The notes: generated by a model from the sequence alone, not told the origin. Counted from the stretch's first letter, positions 9,972 through 19,875 are shown. The stretch is DNA of 64,000 bases from Pseudobdellovibrionaceae bacterium (GCA_020635235.1 JACKAF010000001.1:178380-242379), one strand, 5' to 3'. A program made the numbers and translations.

Positions 9972-11289
9972 GAAAAACCGGCGGCGTAGGCGGCGGGTTT
10001 TGCGGCGGCGCTGGCTTGGGTTCTGGCGGCGGAACCACCTGCAAATACGGACTCACCAAACGACTGAACAAGATGGGCGTTAGGACCGTAGAAACCACAC
10101 TGAGCAGCACCAAGGTTGAAAAAAGGTCGGTGCCGATAACGCCACGAGTGAGGGCGATGTCGGCAACCACCAAATCCATCGTCCCCCGACAGTTTAGAAT
10201 AATTCCAATGCCAAGTGCGACCTTGGGATCCACCTTGGCCCATCTCCCCGCAAGTTTGCTGGATAGGATCTTGCTACCGATAGACACTGAAATGAGGGCT
10301 ACCGCGAAGCAGATTCCCCAGAACGACTGCAAGGGGGACCAGCTAAAATTCAAGCCGATGAACGCAAAAAAGATGGGAGCAAGAAACCCTGTCGTAATGG
10401 AATTCAGGGTCTCTTCCAGGTTCTTATAGAGCTTCGGACCGATGGCGTCCTTGCTAATCAGTAGGCCGCCAAAAAAGACCCCGATAACGAAATGGGAGCT
10501 CAGTTCCTCACTAAGAGAGCCGACTATCAACACAAAGAGGATCGTAAGGCCAAAAAGGGATTCTTTCCCGAACAGTCGGATAATGCGGGTCAGCTGTTTT
10601 TCTAAAAGTCCACGCTGTGTGCCCGCCCACTGGAATACATAGTAAATGACAAACATCACTACAGCGAAAATCATCAGTTTTCCGCCGGTGTGCTGCACAG
10701 ATGTTAGTAGCTCCGAAAAGCTGAACTGCGCCGCGGGCAGGCCCAGTACCACACCAAGAAAGAAGAGTGCCGCAATGTCATTAAACATCGCCGTCGCTAT
10801 CGAAAACTGCGAGATTGGGTGGTTCAGAAGCTTAAAGTTAGAAAAAATACGGATAATCACCGGCAATGCCGTGATTGCAATGACGAGCGCCAGAATAACT
10901 GTTTGCGTCGCGGTCTTGCTAAATAGAATACCGAGCAATATCCCGCTACTGAGTGGGATCAAAAAGGATACGGCCCCGAGTATGGAGCCTCGCCCGATGA
11001 AGGCTTTCATCACTTCCCGAAAATCCATTTCCAGACCGGCGGAAAGTAGAATGAGAAACACACTCAGCTCGGAGATCCCTTTCAGCTCAAGGGTCGGCTG
11101 AATAAAGCCCAAAGCGGCGGGACCGAGGATAATTCCCGCAAGGATTTCCCCAACCACCGGCGACTGCTTTAGCCGGTTCATCAACTCACCCAAAAGGCGA
11201 GAGAAAACCAGCAAAAGCAGTATGCTGGTGATTAATCCCACCGTTTCATGCGAATTCTCAATGAGGCCGGGTTCCGCTAAGTGTTCCAT
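9952..11289 (-). CDS. cation:proton antiporter (CPA/Kef-type Na+/H+ exchanger family) with a Pro-rich C-terminal tail
   Basis: N-terminus GEILAGIILGPAALGF is typical of Na_H_exchanger proteins. About 12 TMS. Tail PPPEPKPAPPQNPPPTPPVFPTPEKG. Confidence 0.7.
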   Translation of the reverse strand: MEHLAEPGLIENSHETVGLITSILLLLVFSRLLGELMNRLKQSPVVGEILAGIILGPAALGFIQPTLELKGISELSVFLILLSAGLEMDFREVMKAFIGRGSILGAVSFLIPLSSGILLGILFSKTATQTVILALVIAITALPVIIRIFSNFKLLNHPISQFSIATAMFNDIAALFFLGVVLGLPAAQFSFSELLTSVQHTGGKLMIFAVVMFVIYYVFQWAGTQRGLLEKQLTRIIRLFGKESLFGLTILFVLIVGSLSEELSSHFVIGVFFGGLLISKDAIGPKLYKNLEETLNSITTGFLAPIFFAFIGLNFSWSPLQSFWGICFAVALISVSIGSKILSSKLAGRWAKVDPKVALGIGIILNCRGTMDLVVADIALTRGVIGTDLFSTLVLLSVVSTVLTPILFSRLVSPYLQVVPPPEPKPAPPQNPPPTPPVFPTPEKG

Positions 11290-11388
11290 GAGTAGTTAAG
11301 AGCAACTTTTACACGCGCGGAAACGGCCGTCAAAAGGAAAAGATTTTCTGGCGGATAGGTCTAGAGAGAAGTTTCGAAGCTGGGAGAC

Positions 11389-14300
11389 CTAGAAGCAATC
11401 TCTCGAAATACTGAGAATATTTGAGGCGGGCGCGTAATTTTGCTCCTGGAATTCCGTTGGCATCCCGGGGTTTGTCATGTCGAAGTTTTCCATATTTTCG
11501 TCGTGATTCCAGTTTGCAAAAGACTGCCCAAACACCGCTCCTGTGCGAGCCGCTCCGTTTAGATCACAGTACGGCCACGCGCCGATTGCACCAATCTGGG
11601 CAACACAGAAATTCGCGACAGTCTTTTTAAGGTAGCGTTCGGCTTCTTCTTTTTCGCCCTCAAGCTCAAACGAACCGGTAGCACAGGTTCTATCTGTCTT
11701 GCCTCCCAAAAAGTTGGAAGCAATATGCACTCCAGATTCATTCGGGGAGAAAAGTCGAACGTAGGTCGCACCCGCCGTTACATAATAACCGTCCTCGGAA
11801 CCCATCGCAGTCATGTAGCTAGTGGAGGAGTAACCGTCGACATTTCGCACGCGGCCCAAGGGGGACCCGCCGGAGACATAAACACGATCCTGACCATCTA
11901 CCGCTACAGCAAACGGGAGTTTAAGTTTCGCCTGAGAAGCGGGTCCACCATCACCCGAATCACCCATTTGGCCAGTTCCAGCAAAAACTTCCCAGTTCCC
12001 GGCCGGCTTTTTTCTCCAAACCTTATGGCTTAAAGCCTCCGGAACATAAAGAGTGCCGTCCGAAGACACCGCAATGTCAGTAGCGGACTGAAAGGTCGCT
12101 CCCGCCGCTGCATACCAGCAATGGCCACGGGTCAGGTAGGTAGCCTTCCGGGCGACCTGATCAATCTTAACTACATAGTTCGTCGAGACATCCACGCCGC
12201 CGCTATTGGAAGGATCCGACGTCATGATATGACCGCTCGTAACCACATACACGTTTTTGGCCGCGTCCACCGCGACACCCACCGGAAAAGTCGTGTAAGC
12301 GGAGCATTGCTCCGCCGGGGGATCCGGTTCCGGAACATATTCGTCTGAGCACGGTATTTCTACTGAGTTGCCTTCACTATCGGTCTCATACCAGGGCGTA
12401 CACGTGCTTGCGTAATAGCCTGTGTCACTGATGGGTGCATTAACTTCACTGTCATCAGGTCTCGCGTCGCAGCCGCGGTTCAAAAGATCGGTCACGACCC
12501 CCGCTTGCGTAACTTTTAGAACTCGGTGGTTGTCGGTGTCCGCAACATAAACGCTTCCGTCCTTATCGACCGCGAGGGAGCGCGGGTATTCTAGTTTGAC
12601 CTCGAGAGGCGCACCGAGGTCGCGGCTACAACCGGGCTGTCCAGTACCCAAGAAAGGATCCACAACCATGTCACCCTCCTCATCCCGGTGAATGACCCAA
12701 ACGCGATGGTGACTTGCATCGACATAGTAAATTGAACCGTCGGGCCCGATTGCCACGTCCGAAGCTTTTTCCAGCTGGGTGATGGAGGCGAGGCGTTTTT
12801 TCGGCTCCACGCCAGGCACCTTCCCGAAAACGGTTCGGTACAACCCGTCTGCCCCGATGGACCGCACGTGCCTGTCCGGTCTACCGTCGCGGTCATTATA
12901 GATAAAGAAGAGGCGATCACTCGTGCCCGCTTCGGTCGAAGGAATTGCGGTCACAGAAATTACAATCGGCAAGGATTCTGTGGTACTTGGCACGCCGCCT
13001 TCGGGGAACGTATAAGTACCGCCGTAGGCGTAGGGGCTGACCCCATTTCCAGCGATGGCCGTGACGACTTTGGTCGCCAGATCAAGGCGGTGCAGACCTT
13101 TTTGCGAAGAGAAATACATGTTGTTCCCAGAACCGACACTAATGTGCCTTGGAACAAGACCACCGGTTATATACTTATCAGCGACCAAAGTGCCATTTTG
13201 ATCGATATGGTAGATACTATTTCCCATGGTGATATATATCTTTGAGCCGTCGAGGCTAACCGCAAGATCTTTCGCCTGATAGAGAAGTGCATCCCGAGCT
13301 ACGGTCGAAGCCATCCCTCCATCGGGCGACCCCATCATCGTACAGTTCTCTGGCAGGGAATCTACGGAAGTTCCCGCATTGTACATGGTTTCCGGATCAC
13401 ACGTTGCGTAGTAGTCAGGATCCGACGGATCCATCGTTGAGCAAGCGTCGTTGTACTCGCTAGACTGCCGTATTACTGCGGCGCGGGCGTCCATATCCAC
13501 GAGCCAGTGGTCTTTCGCCCAATTCTTATAGTCTGTTTGATAGTTTGTAGGATCAAAGGCCCCGGGACACGGGCCCTTACCCGCAAATCGGTATACAGTT
13601 GTGCCGGTCGGATCGATTCGCCGAACAACATTTCTACCCTCAACCAAATACAATGAGCCGTCTTTACCGGCCGCATAGCCCATAATGTTATAAAGGTCAA
13701 AACCCGTGCTATAGTTGCCCCATTTCACGGTATTTGCCGGCACCTGATCGTAGACCATGGTTGCCGCTTCAATCGAACTAGTCTCCGCCACGAACTTGAG
13801 ATCATCGCCCTTAATCATATAGATTTTCCAGCGCTCTCCGGATGTCGTGTACATGGGATCCATAGTCGACATCGTCCAATCCCATGGGTTGTATTGGATC
13901 TTGCTGAGAACCCAGATAACGCCGGGGTTCTTAGGATGGCAGGTAGTGTAGAGCGTAGGGTGTAAGTTTGTTTTTAATCGATGTGCAGTGTTGCCCGGGG
14001 TAAGCGTATCGGATGGGTTGGCGGAACCTGCAAAAAGTTCAGCGGCGCCATCTAAATTCACTTTGTAAACAAATCCCTGCGAGGTCACGTAGTAGGCGTT
14101 TCCATCAAAACAGCCAGACTCCGCCGGGTCAATTTGCACCGCACGGGGGTTAAATTTTAGCGTTTGGTAACCCGCATATTCAGTGTCTGAAATTTGCCCT
14201 TTGGAGCCCGCTAAGAATACCTGAGGTATCGCAAATACAAATCCGTAGGCCTCTACCTCGATCAGGGTAACTGTCGCCGTTCTGGTATCTGTATCCACTA

Positions 14301-14793
14301 CAACGCCGTTTCGTACGTCTTCTTTTGTTAAATGGAAGTCAACGGAGGTGGTCTTTTCTTCGTAAACACTAATGTCACAAGTATGAGTGGTCCTGTCGGG
14401 AGAACTCGTACAACTGATACTACGAATGTTGCTTTCTTCACTGGCGGGAGGATCTGTCCAGCTCAGGCGCACCGAGGTTTCGACGTTACGTAACTCATTT
14501 CCGTTTTCTTTGTTAACCGTGTAACACTGGACCGTGAAATCTTTCGAGCTCTGTTTCTTTTCTCCGTCCAACACGCAAACCGCTTCGGAATCCATGTTCG
14601 CGCCGCCGACGTTTCGTCCCACGCCATTGTTGGGGAGCGCGGCCAACTCTTCAAAGCCTTCATCGCCGTTACTCCCCGTACTTCCGCTACCCGAACCGCT
14701 GCTCTTGTTACCAAACATGGCAAACGGACACGCCGTTAACGTGAATAGAAAAAAGACGTAGATAGACGATTGTAGATAAGGTCTTAATTTCAC
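11389..14793 (-). CDS. giant NHL-repeat lipoprotein (copy 1) with a Cys-rich C-terminal domain
   Basis: 1134 aa. Lipobox FLFTLTAC. NHL-type repeats (YVADTDNHRVLKV, YYVDASHHRVWVI). Paralogous to 44056-47064. Both end in a conserved four-Cys domain terminating in -CF. Confidence 0.7.
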   Translation of the reverse strand: MKLRPYLQSSIYVFFLFTLTACPFAMFGNKSSGSGSGSTGSNGDEGFEELAALPNNGVGRNVGGANMDSEAVCVLDGEKKQSSKDFTVQCYTVNKENGNELRNVETSVRLSWTDPPASEESNIRSISCTSSPDRTTHTCDISVYEEKTTSVDFHLTKEDVRNGVVVDTDTRTATVTLIEVEAYGFVFAIPQVFLAGSKGQISDTEYAGYQTLKFNPRAVQIDPAESGCFDGNAYYVTSQGFVYKVNLDGAAELFAGSANPSDTLTPGNTAHRLKTNLHPTLYTTCHPKNPGVIWVLSKIQYNPWDWTMSTMDPMYTTSGERWKIYMIKGDDLKFVAETSSIEAATMVYDQVPANTVKWGNYSTGFDLYNIMGYAAGKDGSLYLVEGRNVVRRIDPTGTTVYRFAGKGPCPGAFDPTNYQTDYKNWAKDHWLVDMDARAAVIRQSSEYNDACSTMDPSDPDYYATCDPETMYNAGTSVDSLPENCTMMGSPDGGMASTVARDALLYQAKDLAVSLDGSKIYITMGNSIYHIDQNGTLVADKYITGGLVPRHISVGSGNNMYFSSQKGLHRLDLATKVVTAIAGNGVSPYAYGGTYTFPEGGVPSTTESLPIVISVTAIPSTEAGTSDRLFFIYNDRDGRPDRHVRSIGADGLYRTVFGKVPGVEPKKRLASITQLEKASDVAIGPDGSIYYVDASHHRVWVIHRDEEGDMVVDPFLGTGQPGCSRDLGAPLEVKLEYPRSLAVDKDGSVYVADTDNHRVLKVTQAGVVTDLLNRGCDARPDDSEVNAPISDTGYYASTCTPWYETDSEGNSVEIPCSDEYVPEPDPPAEQCSAYTTFPVGVAVDAAKNVYVVTSGHIMTSDPSNSGGVDVSTNYVVKIDQVARKATYLTRGHCWYAAAGATFQSATDIAVSSDGTLYVPEALSHKVWRKKPAGNWEVFAGTGQMGDSGDGGPASQAKLKLPFAVAVDGQDRVYVSGGSPLGRVRNVDGYSSTSYMTAMGSEDGYYVTAGATYVRLFSPNESGVHIASNFLGGKTDRTCATGSFELEGEKEEAERYLKKTVANFCVAQIGAIGAWPYCDLNGAARTGAVFGQSFANWNHDENMENFDMTNPGMPTEFQEQNYAPASNILSISRDCF

Positions 14794-14952
14794 TAACGTT
14801 CCTCTAATGACCGGATAAGTCTCCTGATTATCCCAAGAAACTGTGGGGCAATTATGAAAAGACCTTCAAAGTCCACCCGTTGGACAACTTTTCCCTCATG
14901 CGCAAGACTGAGATAAATAGCCGATATTAGAGGTTTTAATCAAAAACCAGCC

Positions 14953-16455
14953 TTGAGGTGTGTGCTGAGCACACCCGCATTCGGAAAACCTAGGCCTGCC
15001 TGTCTAGCTACAAACGAAGCCATCGCTTACGCCGAAGCCATCGATTCGCTTCCGCTGGCCCACTCAACAACTGTGGCCCGTCCGATGACGCTCCCGCCGC
15101 GTACGAGAGCGTCAGAAGCCGTCGATCCGGAAGGCCATCTCACACCGTATCTCGAACTTGCCAATAGCCCAACGATCCACACGGAAACAAAGCGTCTCTA
15201 CGATGAAGCGTTTCGACTCATGGCAGAGCGCGATCTGGCGGCAAAGCGCTATGAGTTTCTAGCAGCAAAAAAATCGCCAGCGGATCCCGTTCAACACGCT
15301 AAAGATCTCGCAGCCGCAGAAGCCGCATACTTCCAAAAGCGCGCAGAGTACGATGCCAATCAAAGGCTCCTTGGACGCAACCGCGCCGCTCTTCGACTCA
15401 AAGAGCTGCACGACAAGGGAAAGATCCTTCAGGTCATCACCCAAATGGACGCGAGCCAAATGCATGCTCTCAACCACAGTGGTGAAAAAGATGTCCCGCC
15501 TTGGGGAGACGAAGCCCCTCCTTTGCTTCTGCTTTTGAAACCCGACACTGTTCTTACCCGTGTCTATGGACAGGACGCCGGTATGTTTGGGGGTTTTGCG
15601 ACTTTTCCTAGCCGCGCTGTTTACGAACCACGTACCAATGCGAGTGTGAACCGCAACCGCCTAGCCACGCCCCACGGCGACTATGAAAACACCCTCACCC
15701 ACGCAGTGAAGTTTACCTTTGCTAAACCACTTCAACCCGGGGAGGATCCGACAACTCAACCGGTACTGGCGTGGTACGGAACAACGGGGCCAATCTACCC
15801 CACCGGCGGTGAGGTGAGAGGCGCGGTGCGCGCACCGAACGGTGATCAATACGCGAGCGAAACTCTAGGGAGTCCCGGTGGTGGTGTCCAAGTCATTATC
15901 GGAAACGGAAGATGGAAGTACTACGCGGACGGATCCGAGCACAAAATTCCAGCGAGCATAAAGTGGCATTACGAAACCGCCCCGGGCGGCGAAAAAATAG
16001 TCGTTTTCGATTCCGGAAACCCTTATATGAACGAAAAGGACAACGTCATTCGGGACGTCACTATTGTTAGCAACCTACACGACATACAATCTCACATCAC
16101 GATGGATCTATTCCGCTTAAGACGCGAGCAGGTTTTTGCCGGCATCAGGGCGGGCGAGCCTTACACGGAATACCGCCAAACCACACGCTTACCCGAAGAC
16201 TGGGTCGATACACCGGAATATAGAGAGAACTACAATAGAATTTACCGAACGCTTGCAGCTATAAAGCAAACGAATATGGCGATCGTGCAAGCGGGCGCCC
16301 GCTTTCCCGAGGCAGAGGTACGTTCTGCCAGTCTAACTCTGCGCGACGTACAGATTCTGGAACAGGAACTAAGTGAGCTGAAACCCGCCGGAACTAGCTA
16401 TGCCCCGGTAAACGCGTCAGTAGGAGTGTCCACTGGCACCTACGTTCCCAATTAA
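14953..16455 (+). CDS. hypothetical protein (start uncertain)
   Basis: 500-aa ORF with TTG start. No signal peptide or known motif. Located between NHL copy 1 and cyclase copy 1. Confidence 0.45.
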   Translation: MRCVLSTPAFGKPRPACLATNEAIAYAEAIDSLPLAHSTTVARPMTLPPRTRASEAVDPEGHLTPYLELANSPTIHTETKRLYDEAFRLMAERDLAAKRYEFLAAKKSPADPVQHAKDLAAAEAAYFQKRAEYDANQRLLGRNRAALRLKELHDKGKILQVITQMDASQMHALNHSGEKDVPPWGDEAPPLLLLLKPDTVLTRVYGQDAGMFGGFATFPSRAVYEPRTNASVNRNRLATPHGDYENTLTHAVKFTFAKPLQPGEDPTTQPVLAWYGTTGPIYPTGGEVRGAVRAPNGDQYASETLGSPGGGVQVIIGNGRWKYYADGSEHKIPASIKWHYETAPGGEKIVVFDSGNPYMNEKDNVIRDVTIVSNLHDIQSHITMDLFRLRREQVFAGIRAGEPYTEYRQTTRLPEDWVDTPEYRENYNRIYRTLAAIKQTNMAIVQAGARFPEAEVRSASLTLRDVQILEQELSELKPAGTSYAPVNASVGVSTGTYVPN

Positions 16456-16507
16456 GGGTCCACATTGGGAAAACCCCTAAGAGTGCCGATACAGATTCCG
16501 AAGCCTT

Positions 16508-18790
16508 ATGCGATCCACAGTCTCAAATTGGCGCGGACAACGGTACCTGTCACCGCGTCAGGCCGCAATCATTGCCGCGGTGAGTCTTTTGGCGGTTTTC
16601 TTGATTCTGTCATCTCTTGGGGTGGAAAACGCCGCCTCCAACTTTGATCTTCGTCTCCTTTTTACAACCCGATCGAAATTGGGCAAGAATCCCAATTGGG
16701 ATCCCAAGCTGAAAGTATTCGCCTATGACGATCTAGCCGTCTCACTCCTCCAGAAGAGTGAACCTCCGGCCGGCATTCTTGCGGAAACCCTACGCGCCAT
16801 AAAAGCCCAAAAACCAAAAGCCATATTAATAGACAAGATGTTTAGCTACCGCCTAGAAGGGGATGTGGAAAAGCTCAAGGCCGCGATTGGCGAAGTTCCC
16901 CCCATCTACACAAGCGCATCGTTTTCTGACTCCGCGATTCCCCACCGCAATCCAATTTCCAATGAAGTCCTTATCAACCAGTCGAGCGGGTGGAGAGTCT
17001 CGGAGGCCGATTGGATACCCAACGCGACTTTCGCGTACGGGGCCAATGCAACGTACGGCTCAGCGTTCACAAAGGTAGGCCACCTCAATCTCGCAAAGGC
17101 CGAAAGGATCCAGCCGGTCGTGCGCGTCGGTGAGGCACTGCTCCCACACTGGGCACTTCGCTGGTGGGATCAAGCGGAGCTAAACCCATCGGGCATCACG
17201 AGCTCTTGGGGGCAGATTCCCGTAACTGGTAACGGAACGACTCTAGTTAACCTTGTCCCCTTAGAGGTCTTCGGGAAAAAAGCGCGCTCCATTGCTGCGG
17301 TCTTTTCTAGGATTCAGAAAAACGCGCCCATCGACGAAATCGAAGAGGGCGACATCGTCGCGTTGGTGATGGGTCTTTATTCTGGAAAAGAAACCTATAT
17401 ACGGACAGCGATCGGCTCCCTCCCACGTTCGTACTTGAACATTGCAACTCTGAATAGTGCTTTGTCGGATCAGTGGATCCACGAATTCGATCATCCTATT
17501 CTAGCGAGTCTCGGTGCGGGCGCACTTGCTCTTCTAACAGCTTTCTTTCTTCGGGGATTACTGTTTTGGGCGTCGGCGGGCCTTTTCTCGCTCTTTTGGA
17601 TAGGCTTTGCTCTCAGTTTGTTTGCCTACGGGAGTACTACGCTGCCATTACTTGCTCCAGTAGTTTCGTACGTCCTTTGCGGCGGAACCTACTTCGCGTT
17701 GAACATGGTCGCTGGCGAAAAACGGGTGCGGTCGCTCAAACAATCTCTGGAAGGCCTCGTTGAGCCTGAGAAACTGAAGCAACTCATTCGGAATTCCAAC
17801 GACATCCAATGGCAGCCAAGACTGCAGCAACTCTCCGTGATGTTCGTCGACATTGTAGGGTTCTCGAAAAGCGCTGAGAGAAAAGACCCGAGAGAGGTTT
17901 TTCTAAATCTGCGGAGTTTTCTCGAAAAAGCAAGCCACGTAGTACACGAACACAACGGGATCATCGACAAAACGCTTGGAGACGGACTGCTTGCCTTTTT
18001 TGGGTATGAATTCGATGGGAGCTCTTCAAACGATCACGCTGACAACGCTGTCCAATGTGCGGTAGCCCTACAACAAATGGCGCTTGAATACGCTCTCGAG
18101 TGCGTGGCGGTTAAGGCTCCAGTTTACCCACTTCGAATTGGAATTCATACGGAGGAGGTTTTTATCGGAGATCTGGGCGGAGCCAACCGCGTCGATTTTA
18201 GTATCGTCGGTCAAGGCGTTAATTTTGCTCAACGCTGTGAAGCTGCCTGTGAGTCCTTTCGTGTGATCTTCTCAGACGCCACAAAAAAATCGCTCAAACG
18301 AGGCTTCGATAGTACCTTCAAACTTCACGAGCGGGCGATCCAAATCAAACACCATGACGAGGCCTTTGCCGTTTGGGAGCTCGAACCCTTGGAGGAAAAT
18401 CGAACTCAGGTACAGCAAGTCATTCGACACCACCGACAACAAATTGGTTTAGAGCGCGAAGAATCCCGGTTCACTCTCCGCCAAAGTCTAGAGGCCCACT
18501 TCAAAGCGAATGACATCCAGGCCGAGATCTTAAATTTCTCGCGATCTGGTTTCCTACTTTTTACTTCCGGCTATTTGGGCGTGAAGAGCCGCCTGCAATT
18601 GCGTACGCCCCATCTCCAAAAAATGGGCAATTCCTTTCCCCAGCTCCTGGACGTCGAAATCCGTTGGGGCCAGCCACATCGAGACGGCTACATTCACGGC
18701 GTGCGCATTCTAAACCTAAATGATAACGAGAAGAACGCGCTCTTTGAGACACTCGCCTCCTCAAACCCCTCGCTGGCTGGCGTTGGTTAG
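16508..18790 (+). CDS. CHASE2 sensor, class III adenylate/guanylate cyclase, C-terminal PilZ-like domain (copy 1)
   Basis: N-terminal TM, then a periplasmic CHASE2-like region (KLKVFAYDD...). A TM cluster follows. Cyclase homology domain VMFVDIVGFSK...GDGLLAFFG. C-terminal RHHRQ...NFSRSGF resembles the PilZ RxxxR/DxSxGG pattern. Confidence 0.75.
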   Translation: MRSTVSNWRGQRYLSPRQAAIIAAVSLLAVFLILSSLGVENAASNFDLRLLFTTRSKLGKNPNWDPKLKVFAYDDLAVSLLQKSEPPAGILAETLRAIKAQKPKAILIDKMFSYRLEGDVEKLKAAIGEVPPIYTSASFSDSAIPHRNPISNEVLINQSSGWRVSEADWIPNATFAYGANATYGSAFTKVGHLNLAKAERIQPVVRVGEALLPHWALRWWDQAELNPSGITSSWGQIPVTGNGTTLVNLVPLEVFGKKARSIAAVFSRIQKNAPIDEIEEGDIVALVMGLYSGKETYIRTAIGSLPRSYLNIATLNSALSDQWIHEFDHPILASLGAGALALLTAFFLRGLLFWASAGLFSLFWIGFALSLFAYGSTTLPLLAPVVSYVLCGGTYFALNMVAGEKRVRSLKQSLEGLVEPEKLKQLIRNSNDIQWQPRLQQLSVMFVDIVGFSKSAERKDPREVFLNLRSFLEKASHVVHEHNGIIDKTLGDGLLAFFGYEFDGSSSNDHADNAVQCAVALQQMALEYALECVAVKAPVYPLRIGIHTEEVFIGDLGGANRVDFSIVGQGVNFAQRCEAACESFRVIFSDATKKSLKRGFDSTFKLHERAIQIKHHDEAFAVWELEPLEENRTQVQQVIRHHRQQIGLEREESRFTLRQSLEAHFKANDIQAEILNFSRSGFLLFTSGYLGVKSRLQLRTPHLQKMGNSFPQLLDVEIRWGQPHRDGYIHGVRILNLNDNEKNALFETLASSNPSLAGVG

Positions 18791-18894
18791 CCAACTCCTT
18801 GATGTTACCGCCCTTAGTCTGTCCAAATGCTTTACATTGATTATGAAGAAACAGATTCACTACAATAGTCAGATAGGGATCCCCTATATCGTAG

Positions 18895-19875
18895 ATGAAA
18901 TTAACGCCAGCTTCATTGCGCCACGGCTTCATTTTGCTCGTTCTGTCTGGAATTGCCCTAACGGCAAGCGGCTGCTTTTTCCGGCTTGCGGGAAGCGGCG
19001 AGGACTCGCTGTCCAATTTCCCCCCCATTTCAGAAGATGACTTCACCACCACCAACCCGATCTTCGGAAGCGGAGGCGGGGAAGAGAATGTAGCCTCGAA
19101 ACCTTTTTGCCAGCTTTCCCATTCGGAAAAGTTTGAGGAACCGGGAGCTGAATTCTCGTGCTGGTGGAGCCGCTCGCCGTCTTTGATTGCGCAGCCGCTC
19201 CCCGGGCAGATCGTTGCCGTGTCGGTCTTTGATCGAAAAAATTCTTATTTTTGGAGAGCGGTCGATTTCAAAGTGAATGAAGACTATGTCGAAGGCTCCA
19301 GTGACCCGGCCTTCTATTTTTTGGACAAGACTGATTCGTTCTTCGGCCCCGGAGGCGATCTCATTCCATTTTTCGGAGACCAGATCGAAATTCGGGTCGT
19401 TTTTAGAAGAATTCTCGCACTCCCGCATACCAATATTGCCCTGCCCTTTGACGTAAACGCAGACGGTATCGTGGATGCGGGCGACGTAGCAGCTTTGAAT
19501 GAAGAATTTGAGGTCAATGGGTATCGGCGGATGGACTCAAGTATCACGTCCCCGCCCTCAATATTCGTGGACGTCGATAGAAACCTGTTCTTCAACCACG
19601 ACGATCTAGATCTGCTCAATATGTACCTTTCCCCTCCACACCCGTGGCAAAACCCCCTCAACCGTTTGGACGTAGATAACAACGGCGTGATCGCACCCGT
19701 CGATATCATGCTACTCCAAAACTTGATGACCCAATATGGCCAAGAAATAGATTTGGCGATAGACCCCCCATGGAGAAGCAAGCCAGTCGGCGTTCTTTAT
19801 GCGGATCCCAGCGGGGACAATCGACTGACCCCCCTTGATGTCGAGATGATCATCAATTACCTCAATTCGGACTAA
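18895..19875 (+). CDS. lipoprotein with dockerin-type calcium-binding repeats
   Basis: Lipobox LTASGC. Four dockerin-like repeats (DVNADGIVDAGDVAALNEEF, DVDRNLFFNHDDLDLL, DVDNNGVIAPVDIMLLQNLM, DPSGDNRLTPLDVEMIINYL). Confidence 0.6.
   Translation: MKLTPASLRHGFILLVLSGIALTASGCFFRLAGSGEDSLSNFPPISEDDFTTTNPIFGSGGGEENVASKPFCQLSHSEKFEEPGAEFSCWWSRSPSLIAQPLPGQIVAVSVFDRKNSYFWRAVDFKVNEDYVEGSSDPAFYFLDKTDSFFGPGGDLIPFFGDQIEIRVVFRRILALPHTNIALPFDVNADGIVDAGDVAALNEEFEVNGYRRMDSSITSPPSIFVDVDRNLFFNHDDLDLLNMYLSPPHPWQNPLNRLDVDNNGVIAPVDIMLLQNLMTQYGQEIDLAIDPPWRSKPVGVLYADPSGDNRLTPLDVEMIINYLNSD

Noticed and set aside
14962-14976. 15-bp palindrome GTGTGCTGAGCACAC as a regulatory site
   Set aside because: It lies inside the predicted 5' end of ORF 14953-16455. 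With the start uncertain it could be promoter-proximal, but there is no second copy or supporting context, so it was left as a note only.
16465-16647. 60-aa ORF upstream of and overlapping the cyclase copy 1 start
   Set aside because: It is in a different frame from the 760-aa cyclase ORF, which begins at 16508 with homology to copy 2 from its first residues.
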